A DNA stretch of 51,323 nucleotides, counting the filler, from Catajapyx aquilonaris (lineage: Eukaryota): assembly GCA_000934665.2 (NCBI GenBank). It is 2 parts of 2 records of this genome, joined end to end, with 100 filler letters (N's around TTAATTAATTAA, not from the genome) between each part and the next. Parts side by side here need not be neighbours in the genome. Positions count along the whole stretch, not along the records: positions 1 to 25,666 come from JYFJ02005342.1; positions 25,767 to 51,323 come from JYFJ02005343.1. One strand, given 5' to 3'. This document shows, in pieces, positions 24,743-36,450 of the stretch; positions within the stretch are counted from its first letter, which is position 1, and the number at the start of each line of letters is the position of its first letter. The notes beneath the pieces were generated by a model. It was not told where the DNA came from and made no database searches. It saw nothing but the letters and a program-made list of their open reading frames with translations. Position numbers and translations under genes: made by a program.

Positions 24743-25666
24743 TGGGGGAAAGTGTATGCTAAGGTTTTGATAGAAATAGTTAAGGCCATTTCACAAAAAA
24801 ATGTCGCGCGGCATATTTCTTATTTATATTTATTATTGCCAATAATTAATAACAATTGGCGGGGCATGCGTTTGCCGCTTGCCGCTGTCGCAAAATCTTT
24901 TTGTGAAATGGCCTTTAAGAGGGTCACAAGTCAGAGAATACTGAATATTCAGAGTGGGTTTATGTCGGGTAAGAGTTGCGTAGATCAGATATCCTCTATG
25001 AGACTCGTGAGAGAAAAGTCTTTAGCTGTAAACAAGACGGTTTATGTTGCCTTTTGTAGACTTAGAGAAAGCATATGACACAGTAAGTAGGGATGGTTTG
25101 TGGGAAGTTCTAAGTCTCTATGGAGTGAAGGGCCGCCTGTTGGAGGCTGCAAAGTCATTGTATGAAGAGAGTAGAGCTTGTGTTAGGACTAGTGGGGGTT
25201 TCTCTGACTGGTTTAACATTAGTGTTGGGGTTAAGCAGGGTTGTGTCATGTCTCCCTGGTTATTTAAATTGTACTTAGATGCATGTGTAAGGGAAGCTAT
25301 GGTTGAAGGAGTGCAGTTAGTTAGTCACTTGCTGTATGCAGATGATTCTGCCCTTCTGGCGGAGAGTGAGGCTGATTTACAGTTGATCCTATGCAAGCTA
25401 GATAATGTTTGTGAAAAGAGGGGTGTGAGGATTAACGTAGATAAGACTAGGGTATTGGTATTTGAGAGGGGACAGCAGGTTTCTCCTTGTATGTTGCAGG
25501 TACGAGGAAAACTGGTTGAGCAGGTCAGCCAGTTTGTATACCTGGGTAGTGTCCTTGAGAGTAATGGTCGAATTGATGGGGAAATAGACAGGAGAGTTAG
25601 TTCTGGGTTGAAAGTAATAGGTGCCACAAGTAAGTTTTCTAGAAATAAGGACTTATCTTCTGCCTG
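24743..25666 (+). mobile_element. 5'-truncated RTE-clade LINE, reverse transcriptase fragment running into the gap
   Basis: GKVYAKVL...QSGFMSGKSCVDQI...FVDLEKAYDTV...GVKQGCVMSPWLF...LLYADD...FVYLGS; one frameshift near 25055. Confidence 0.92.
24783..24914. mobile_element. 132-bp PIF/Harbinger (Tourist-like) MITE nested in the RTE
   Basis: TIR aggccatttcacaaaaa / tttttgtgaaatggcct; TTA duplication at 24780-24782 and 24915-24917. Confidence 0.85.
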
Positions 25667-25766
25667 NNNNNNNNNNNNNNNNNNNNNNNNNNNNNNNNNN
25701 NNNNNNNNNNTTAATTAATTAANNNNNNNNNNNNNNNNNNNNNNNNNNNNNNNNNNNNNNNNNNNN
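25667..25766. other. Assembly join: 44 N + TTAATTAATTAA + 44 N
   Basis: Symmetric 100-nt spacer whose core has stop codons in all six frames; an artificial contig linker. Confidence 0.92.
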
Positions 25767-28391
25767 GGCTTTTGCACACGCGTACTAGGGTTGCATAGGA
25801 AAGTTCTACTATTATTCCTTGATTGTAGGGTCTCTAAAGAACCCATTACGCTACACTGTTTTTTTTAAAAAAAGTCCATACACTGTTCCCCAAAAATTGA
25901 CGAAAAAGTACCAAAAAACTGATTTTTTTTTCCATAAAAAGGACCCTGGAAAACCACAGTTTCTATAAAAGATTGTCTTTAAACACCATAGTGGCTTCAG
26001 ACTAGACCCAGGTAACACCTAATGCCAGCAAAAACAAAATCCGAAACTTACAGTGGTTGCCAGACCTGGAAATAGGCCAAAAAACGTCAATATTTTGAAT
26101 TTTTCGGATTTTTGGTCACCCTGACCCACTGCAGATTTTGGGAGAGAAATCCCGGGCGTTTCCCAGCTACTTTGGGTCCTACTAACATGATGTGCATAGT
26201 GGTTTCCGAGTAACACGCCGAAAGTTTCTTTTTTGTTGCGCTGTGTAATTGCCCAACAAAAGCAGGCCACTATTACTGCTGACGTTACATACACAGCATG
26301 ACTCAACAATGTCAACAGAACAACTACCCCAAGGCTTGTGACTTCAGTGCTTCATTTAATCAATAACAGTCGAGAATTTTTGAAACCCATCCCTTGTTGC
26401 CCTCACTCATCAATCAGCTGCTGTGTTTGTCACTATGGCTTCTGCAGTGCAAATAATAATCAAGAGAAATGCTCACCAGATAATAATGGTTGTGTCCGAA
26501 GACCATCGAGATGCTGGATGATGCGATGAAAGACCAATGATCATGTAGTCATTGTAGAGATGCTGGTGATGTGCTTGCTTAGGAGGGTTGTGAAGGTGGC
26601 AGCAGCATGGTTATGTAGACCTGCCAGACCATAATCTCAAGGCTGTACCTGCATGAAAGAAACCATTTTGTAAAATAACGCATGTCAAATCACAATTACT
26701 CAAGTACAAATTTTGATATATTATATCAAAATTTCGTAATAATTATTATGAATGTCTGCAGAAGACAGCACAACTGTCTATGTTCAACTCAGCCCATCAG
26801 CCAACAATCGATTCAACTTTAATGTCCCCAAACAGACAATTAGTGCTATAAAAAAGGCACCATTACAATTCCTAGTGTTCAAAATTTGAATTGATCCAAA
26901 AAGCACTATTGCATTAAAATATTGCTATTTGCAAACAGGCATTTCGAAGGGAATTAAATTTTTCTAAAATATGGCAATATAGGACTGATTTTCTAAATGG
27001 CCAACAATTCAGCTTATCAAAACGATCTGTACCAACATGTAGCTAATAATGCAGATTTACCAACGCCGCCATTATATGTCGGTGATAGTCTTTGGCGTAA
27101 AATGGCGTACTTAGGGCCTCAGGGATAGCACAAGGTCGAAGCAAATTGGGCAATTTAATCGCAAGTGGTTTTTCTATTAATTCCCATTAGGCCTACATGG
27201 TGGACACTATAGGCATGATTGAGGCAATTTGACTGATGGATGCTATGAATTAAGTAATCTCATTCGGTATAGTCACGATTGCACTTTTTTCAACATCTTT
27301 ACATGAACCCACTTTAATTCAATTTTGTGGTCATTTAACAGATCAAGATGCAGTTATGCCATTGAATGGCGTCCCTGCATTGCAATGCGCCAAGGTCAAG
27401 TGTCATTCCTCCAGCCCCATTTTATTACACAATTTTAATCCAGTTTTTTAAAATGGAGATATAGTCTGGCCCAAGCGATTATTAGTTTACTGCCCATGTC
27501 TGTTAACTCAGATTCTTGCCTGACCAAATTATTTGACAGTTTATGGCAATGTTTTTCGTATACCAAATACAGAATTTATTAGCCAATAATCCGATATTAT
27601 CTGACCTGGTACAACCGACCCTTAATTGCTGATTGATGTAAACCTGTAAACGACGGATTTTTAATCGCTGCTGTACTCACCATTCATGCATTCCAGGCCT
27701 GTCTAGTGCTAGGTGTGCGTGTCTTAACCCGAAGTCCAACTCGACCCCACTTGACGGAGGACGAGACATTCGGTCCACAAAGTGCTGCATCGCTGGTGCC
27801 TCATTATCCCCTGCAAACGGAGTTAATTAAAATATTGCTTTGCACTTTAAAAATTAATAAGTGTCTGCCTGTATAACTTCCGACTATTTCGTGGCTAAAT
27901 GAATGAACCTGAATTGTGGTTTTGTAGTATACCTACACAGCCTTCGCAAGTAACCCCCATCTAGATGGTGTGCACGTACCTGTACTCGTATTGTTGCAGG
28001 GATGACTCGTATACCTGGCGACGTCCATCCGTCTTCGTTGAAGATCAAGGTGAAAAGAGAGAGATGCACACAGGGCCGGATGGGCGGTTGGGGGGGGATC
28101 AGCCCCCCTACCCCACCCAACTCCGGATATGCTTTATCTCTATGGTCAAATGCCTGGGTACAAGGTTGGTAAAGGTTGCCTCATGAGCCCTTCCCGCCAT
28201 GCATCACGTCACATGACGTCACCCCGAGACCCAACTGGTGTTCAATAAATGATGACATGGATGTGATGATGATGATAAATGTGATATAATCACCATGATT
28301 CAATTCACACATAGGATCCCATCTGGGGGTACAAAACACTTGGAAGAGATTTTGCAAGTTCAATCCCACTTTTTTTTTTCAAAATAGGCTA

Positions 28392-28962
28392 CAGTTGAAT
28401 CTGGATATAACAGCCTCGACCATAACAGACTTTCATTTCTAACACACTCGAATGCCCAATCCCAGCAAACTTCCATAAGGCCCTGTGTATTTTTACTCTT
28501 GATATAACAGACTCATTTTCACCTCACCTCGGCTATACCAGCCCATTTTTTGACACCTCGGCAGGAAAATATGCTGCGTTTGAGTATTCAACTTCCTTTC
28601 CCCATGCTCAGGAAGACAGAGAATACTGGAGTGGGGGGTGATTTTCACATCGGTCATCACTGATCTAAGATACTCAAAATCATCCTTTTTCTGGTATATA
28701 TGAGCACAATCGTACAATGGCAACAAGGGGACGGCAGAAGAAAATAATTATGGATTTTTTGGGTCCTGCGTAATTTATGGGTGAGCTAACTTTGCAATTT
28801 TGTGGATAGTTTCATCTATCACTATGAAGTAGTGAGCACTTAATGGAAAGCAGAAATCCTTGCGTATTCGTTGCAAGAGGGGCGATTTGGCTATAACAGA
28901 CCTCGGTTATAACATACTTTTTTCTGCGGTCCCTTAATGTCTGTTATATCCAGAGTCCACTG
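28392..28962. mobile_element. 571-bp pogo/Tigger-like (Tc1/mariner) MITE
   Basis: TA|cagttgaatctggatataacag ... ctgttatatccagagtccactg|TA with internal repeats of (t)ataacagac. Confidence 0.85.
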
Positions 28963-30274
28963 TACTTTCAAACTTTTTTTTCTTTTTCTGTCTAAATGTA
29001 GCTAAAATTACCACTCTATGCAGGTAATAAGAGGTCATAAAGTATTTAAGATACAACCGCTGCTGGGGAGAGACGAGATCATGCTATACGTGTTGGCATA
29101 CGTACAATGTGCATGGAAACCTCTCAGACCCATCACCTGCGGAATGGAACACGAAGTGTAAGTACAAAGCACTTTCAATGTGCATATCAAGTATCGGGAC
29201 ATCGGATACAGCCTACGACACTTCCATCACCTGCGCTTTATTTGAATGTATGCAGGCAAATGTTGCTTTTTGCACGTTTATTGTTGCCTGAACAATTCCG
29301 TCAGTTTTGTTCCAGGAGGTCACATAAAAACGATAAATCAAGGTTTCATACATGAACAAGAGGGTGGTTTGCATGATCGACAGTTAATCCAAAACAAGTG
29401 GTTTATATTAATTACTCCATAAAATGTTACCATTACCAATAGTGAATTGTAAGGCAGTCAACCATCAATTGATTTCCATTTACTATTGATCGTTGCAAAT
29501 CACCCAAACGGTTACATGGTAAAAACATTATCATTCATTTTATTTTCTTTCACTCTTTAGTTACCTTCAATGAGATATTGTGACATAACGGGATGGATGG
29601 GAAGGAAGGTTGGCAGATTGGAGAATATTTCATCCCTAGACCGATCCTTTCTGATGATGTAATGATGACATCAATGGGACAACAGGTGAAGTGGACACAG
29701 TACATACTGCAGTACAGTACCGACTTACTCGAGGGATAACCACAATGAAAATTGTGATTCAGTGGATCATTGAATGTTACTTGTTAGAGAGAAATTTGGT
29801 TTCCAAAGCCTCATTACCAAGATTTTCTACAAACATAAATAAGATACTTTCTCTCACAGCAACTGTGCTCTTTAAACATGACATAAAATTGTTGAAACGG
29901 TGTTTAAATTTCAGGTTTGCTAACCATTACAGGAGTTGACGAGGTAAGGAATGTGTCATAACCTGTCTCGGTGCGTAAGGAAATGATTTTTATTTTTCCT
30001 TCTCAGTTAAACCTAATTGTCTGACAGTGAGTAACAAGTCTTTTGGAAAACACCTCTTCATAAAGAAATGTCCTGGTCCCCACAGACCCACTCTGCAAGT
30101 CTGTACAAATCATTACAAAACATGTTAATTAGGCTGACAATGGTGCAGACTACACAGGTGCATTTTCCAGGTGACACAAGTGGTGTACGGAGGCACTAAC
30201 TACTCCAAGGTGTGCCCCTGGTTATTCGTACAATAAAGCCAGATTGTCTAATATGGTCAAGCATCCGGGAGTGA

Positions 30275-33200
30275 TTAAATCCTTAAAACAATTACTTCTG
30301 CATGAACGTCCTGGACATCATCACATTCCACAATGAAGTGGGTTCCAGCCTGCTCCTGTGGCATTGCAGCATCCACTGGTTCAATTGGCTCTGATGTAAG
30401 CAGTATTCCCGATTGCTCTGGGGCATCTCCCAAATTCCCGAAATTATGTAATGCGGATAACCTGGCATTTTCAGTCTTGAGGGAATTCCAGCGCTTCCGG
30501 AAGGCCGTGATTGCCTTGCACCACTCCTCACTTGAGCCTGACTCCCTCTTCAGGTCAGCCATAACTTCTTGTATCTTTTCCTCAACATTGTTTGGTTCTA
30601 ACAAGCCATCATCATTGCCCGCATTATCAAAAGCCTCGGGACCAGCGTCACCACCATCCCCATCACTATCAAAAGCCTCGGCACCAGCATCATCACCAGC
30701 ATCATCACCATCCCCATCACTATCCTCAGCACCACTCTTGATGCTGCTTGCCGAGGGAATGGTGATGACAGGTTCTAAAGTAAAATTGTTGTTAATTAGA
30801 CAAGGGAAAAAAATACTCCACATTTCTGTCGCATACTGACTTTTTGGTCTGCTCCGCTGCGTCCCTCCAAAGTAATTATGTCTCAGCCGGATCACCCATC
30901 TCAGGTCAGGAACATGCCGTCTATCCCGACTAAACTGTAGATATTCTTCATCGCTATTCGCCTTTTTCTGGTAATATTCCTTTAATTTGGACAGAGCCAC
31001 ACATGGTCTGAGGCCCATCTTAAAATGATTTAGGAGTATTGCTTTTGTCTCGTCTGAGGGATCTCGATGTCTCAGGGACTCCACATTATCCACAGAATGA
31101 TTGTGTTTCCCTTTGATCGTAACGGTCGTGGGATACTCATCCTCGCATCTGAGGCATCAAAGCAAAATAATTGATGATATTTAATGTACAGCAATATGAT
31201 AAAACTTTGTGCAGCATTATTCCTCCAATCGACATAATTGATGCATTCATAATTATGGACATTGTAGAGATTTTCATGTGAACTAACCTGTCCAACGACG
31301 ATGTCGATTTGATGGTTATAATCGCTCTCACAGGGCAAGCGGTGTGCTTCTTACTAGGTTTCATAACCTTCTTCTTTGGCTCCGTATTGTGATGACACCT
31401 GTAGAGTGCCTGTAACAATGGACACACAATGAGATGAATCCAAGAAAGCTCGAGCAGTCCAAATATCACATTACCTTGTAGGCGACAATTTTTCCCTTCC
31501 TCCGATACGACCCACGAATGCGAAATGTCTGCATGGTCTCAGCTTGATATCCTCTGAACCACTTCAAAAACTCTTCCTTTGTTTTGCTGTCCACCTTCAG
31601 CATCTTACAATCATCTTTGTCATCTAGAAGGACGTACTTGCAGTTTTCGCTTTCATAAACAGTGATATCTGCTTGGTTTACTAAGGAGTAATGTACAAAA
31701 ATGTAAAGGTCACACTCTCACAAATCCCTTATAATAATTCAGACAAAATTGCTCTCCTTGAGTTTGACGAGTTCAGCTTCATTATGGAAATAGTGGCATA
31801 TTAAGTGACACTTTAAAATGCATGAGCTAGTGCAACGGACCTATAAAAGCCTACTATCAGGGATATCTCCTAGCTCAATTCCATTGCATTGCCTTGCAGG
31901 TGAGCATGTATACATTGAGGATAGTGCACATTAGTCACAGTAATAAAGTCAAGAAACTCACCGGTGTCACCTATGACCTGACCATGACACTGCCTCAGGT
32001 GACGGTACAAATTACTCTTCGACCCGAATGTTTTGGGACACACTGTACAGGCCATTTGTCCTAGCCTGTCATTGCCTGAAATATAAGCAATGCATTGGTG
32101 AAATTGAACTTTGACCATTTGGCAATTAAGCCACCTCACCATCAGTGGCTTGGCCATGGATCTTCCGCACATGGTAGTTCAAATGCTTTTTATGTTTATA
32201 CTTGTTGGGGCATATTGAGCAGAGAAACTGCCTCTCATCGTTTGCTGGAATAGTGGGAATGATTTAATGCTGGTGATGAACACCTGGTGCAACTAGTCAT
32301 CTCACATGCATCATCCTTTTTGTCAGTCGCTTGTTCATGGATCACCCTCAGGTGATGGTTCAAATTCTTCTCCGATCTAAATGTTTTGAAGCACACTGTA
32401 CAGACCAATCGTACGAGATTATTACCTGAAATACAAGCAATGCATTCATGAAAATGTACTCTGACCACGTGGAATTAAGCCACCTCACTTGTGTCATCCT
32501 TCTGGTCAATGACTTGGACATGGCTCTTCCTCATGTGGTAGTTCAAATGCTTCTTCAGTTTATACATATTGGGGCAAAATGAGCAGAGAAACTGCTTCTC
32601 ATCGTTAGCTGGAATAGTGGGAATCAATTAGTGCTGGTGATTAACTTTGACCTGATGAAAGTCATCTCACATGCATCACCTTTTTTGTCAGGTGCTTGGC
32701 CATGGGCCTCCCTCATGTGGTGGTTCAAATGCTTCTTATGTTTATACCTTTTCGGACACAACGTACAAGCCTCTTGTCTCTCACCCTCCACTGGAGTATA
32801 AGAAATACTTTGGTGAAAATGTACTTTGACCACGTGCAATTCAGCAACCTCACATGCATCATCCTTCTGCTCAGTGGCGTGGCCATGGCATATCTTCAGG
32901 TGACGGTTCAAATGCTTCTTGATCCCAAATGTTTTGGGACACACTGTACAGGGCAATCGTCCATCATCATTGCCTGGAAATATAAGCACCGCATAGTTGA
33001 AAGTGACCTTTGACCATGTGTAATTCAGCTGCCTCACATGCGCCATCCTTCTGGTCAGTTGCTAGGCCATGATACTCCCTAATGTGGCGGTTCAAGTGCT
33101 GTTTCTGGTTGTATATCTTGGAGCATAACGTGCAGTGGAACTTACTCTCATCCTTATCTGGAATAGTGGGAATGAGAGAGTTCTGGTCATGAACTGTGAT

Positions 33201-34283
33201 GCGGAAATAAGTAATCACACCTGTTACCTTTCATGTCAGTGTCGTGGGCATGGCTATCCCTCACGTGCTTGTTCAAGTCTTTTTTGAGCTTGTACGTCCT
33301 GGCACACAATGTGCACGGAAACTTCTCGGCACTCTCTCCTGAAGAATGGGTGGGATGTGCCAACTCAGCTGTGTCAACCGTTTCACTTACGTCCTGGCCA
33401 TGGCATAACCTCAGGTGACGGCTCAAATTTTTCTTCAACTCAAACATTTTGCAGCACACTGTACAGGCTAATTGTCCTTCATCGCCTGAAATATAAGCAA
33501 TTAATTGGTGAAAATTATTTTTGACCAAGCCCAATTCAGCAACCTCACATGTGTCATCCTTCTGCTTAGTCAATTGGCTGTGGTCTTCACTCAGGTGACA
33601 GTCTAAATCCGGTTTCTGTTTGTACCGCTTCGGACGCAAGGTCATAGCCTCTTGCTTCTCATCCTCGGCTGGAATATAAGCAACAAATAATGATAATGAA
33701 ATTTTACCATGAGCAAGTCAGCCTCCTCACATGTATCCTCTTTTTGGCCAGTTTCGTTACCATGAGTCTTCCTCATATGGTCATTCAAATGCTTCTTCCA
33801 CTTGTACCTCTTTGGACACAATGTACAAGCCTGTTGCCTCTCACCCTCGGCTGGAATATACATTATGCATTTACGACAATGAACTTTGACCACTTGCGAC
33901 TCAACCATCTCACATGCATCATCCTTCGTGTCTGCCGCTTGGCCATGAGCCTCCCTCATATGGTGGTTCAAATGCTTCTTCCATTTATACCTCTTCAGAC
34001 ACAAGGTGCAAACCTCAGCTGGAATATAACGCATTAATGATAACGACCTTTGACCCTGCACCTGTCAACTACCTCCGTCATCCATCTGTGCAGCGGCCTG
34101 TGCATGCCACTCCCTCATGTGACGGTTCAAGTGCTTCTCCAGCCTAAACGCCTTCAGACAGAAGCTGCAGGTCAACTCATCTGGAAAAGCTGGAATTAAT
34201 CCTGGCGGTCAACTACTACCGGACGGCAACTCACCTTCCGCATCCTTGCTACTTGTACGCTTCTTCAATTGAATCTTCAGCAT
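30275..34283 (-). CDS. Multi-exon protein with 13 C2H2 fingers (one degenerate) fused to a Mutator-like transposase-derived region
   Basis: ATG 34283; about one CxxC-x12-H-x4-H finger per exon from 34180 to about 31960; then exons 31680-31475, 31409-31288, 31148-30275 giving YRCHHNT..KHTACP..HNHSVDNVESLRHRD..F.MG..P..AL..DRRHVPD and C-terminal SALHNFG. Confidence 0.85.
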
Positions 34284-34364
34284 GAACTTACTTTCATTCA
34301 CTGCGGAATTCAATGGGAAAAATAAGTAAGCGTCCGGTTCGTAGCGCTTTCAATATGTCGGTTA

Positions 34365-34660
34365 CATACCTGGTTCATCCATGTTTAGTGCACTGCCCTG
34401 GGTCTAATGCTTGGGAAGACACCGGGGGGCAACACTCGGGCCGCCCCTGGGCTGCCCCGAGGCGACAAACGTTCTCAATAAAAAATTCGAACAGTTATTT
34501 TTGTTCAGTAAGTGTCCGTGTTGTGCGGCATACCTGTGGTGCGCACTATCAGGAGATTTCTCCGGGGTCTAGTGTTGCTTTTGGAAGACACCGAGGGCCG
34601 CCCCTGGGCCGCCCCGAGGCGACAGACGTTCCTCAATAACAACGGAAATCGAACAACAAT
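34365..34660. repeat. Diverged two-copy GC-rich duplication in the divergent promoter between the ZF gene and the fucosyltransferase
   Basis: ggaagacaccg...gggccgcccctgggcYgccccgaggcgacaRacgttc...caataa occurs at about 34414-34480 and 34583-34639. Confidence 0.75.
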
Positions 34661-35028
34661 TTTGTAGTTCCCTTTTCTGCCACTAGAGCGAAGCACTGTC
34701 GTTTTAGCCCGCGACTTTTTAAACGTGTGAAAGTGTCGAATTAACAGCCTTACGACACTTCCATCGCCTAAGAAGTTGCCTGCTGCATGTAATTAGATAG
34801 GATAACAATTAGAGTAAACCACCATAAAAGAACAGTGTAAGACATGCCCTTACAATACGCCTAAATAAGCACAAATATGCAGGAAGTTCGTGCTTCGTGG
34901 TTCAGGTTCAGGTGTTTTTTTTTTTTTGGTTTGTTTGTTCATTACCTGCATAGTAATGAATACACGCAAACAGATGTGTCATTGAGCACAGTGCACGATT
35001 GTGGCAGTGGCTTTCAATAACGCTGATC

Positions 35029-36450
35029 ATGAAGAAGCGTCGCTTGCTGCCCTTGTTGGTGTTTCTGCTGGGGACAGCGAGTCTCATGGTCTTGTGGTTC
35101 ATTTCAGCTGTTGTTAGGACTGAAGGCAATTATTTAGAGTGGATTGAAGAAAATACCAACAATACTGGTATTGTCAAGATTGAAGAGAGTAGTGATGAAA
35201 ATGTTACTCTGAATATTGGTGAAAATATTGACGTCGTCGAATTGGTGGTTCAGAAGAAGATCCTCTTTTGGAACCCCTTTTTCGGTCAGATATTCTACTG
35301 GTTCGGTGAGGGTCAGGAGCCGTTCATGCGGCACAACTGCTCTCAGTTCAATTGCTACACTTCAGCCAACAGGTGAGTGTCACGGTAGTTTGGACTTAAT
35401 CAATGTGTGATTGTCACGGATGTTGCAGGAACCTGATTCCTCTGGAGGATTGGGACGCAATTATCTTCCATGGAGTCGAGTTGAACCATGCAGACTTGCC
35501 AGCCAGACGGTCAGCAAGTCAGAGGTACATCTTCTTCATTCAAGAGGCTCCACCTGCCTCAGGATGGTCTCTGACAAAGTACGACAATTACTTCAACTGG
35601 ACCTTCTCGTACAGGTAGGAATAATTGCTGTCATGTCCACTTTGGTCATGTCAATTCCAATGCTCTTCTCAGGTACGACTCGGACATCCCCAGCCCTTAC
35701 AACAGAATTTATCCCAAGTCACTTCTGGATGATCCGACAACCCCCGAGGCTCCACCATGGTTAGCTCCAACACCATATGATGGTCCAAATGTGGCTGCAG
35801 GAAAGGACAGGATGGTTGCCATCTTCGTGTCACACTGTTTCACCACAGGAAAGAGAGAAGAACTGGTTAAAGAGCTGTCCAGGCACATACAGGTTGACGT
35901 GTACGGAGGATGTGGGAACATGTCCTGTCCAAAGGCCAACGAGGACGGATGCAGGGACATGCTGGACGAGCACTACAAGTTCTACCTGGCCTTTGAAAAT
36001 GCCTTGTGCAAGGACTATGTCACTGAGAAGTTCTTCAACAACGTAGGACATGACGTAAGGGAACCACTATACTCTATACATCTGCTAAGATTAGGATGCA
36101 AGTGTGCCAGTTATTTACAGGTGGTGCTGGTCGTGTACGGAGGTGCTGACTATCCCAAGATTGCCCCTCCTCATTCATACATCGACGCCAGATCCTTCCT
36201 CACCGTCAAGCATCTGGCAGACTACCTGACTCTACTGGACAAAAATGATGACATGTATAACCAGTACTTCTGGTGGAAAAAGTACTACAATGTGGGTACC
36301 CCTCCTGCTTATTATGGTTACTGCCAATTATGCCATATGCTCCATACACGTACCGATCCCCATGTTTACGAAGATATGCATGACTGGTGGTTTCAGTTAG
36401 GCAACTGCACTAACAGGCGTCACTATTCACTGCTGGAACCTAGAGCGTAG
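35029..36450 (+). CDS. Alpha-1,3-fucosyltransferase (GT10, FucTC-like); exons 35029-35372, 35429-35614, 35673-36054, 36121-36450
   Basis: Type II TM, KKILFWNPFF, DAIIFHG, FNWTFSYRYDSD, and GT10 motif YKFYLAFENALCKDYVTEKFF. Confidence 0.95.

Noticed and set aside
25711..25722. Palindromic TTAATTAATTAA between N runs
   Set aside because: Artificial scaffold linker with stops in all frames; also means cross-gap linkage and the apparent truncation of SLC7A6OS cannot be trusted.
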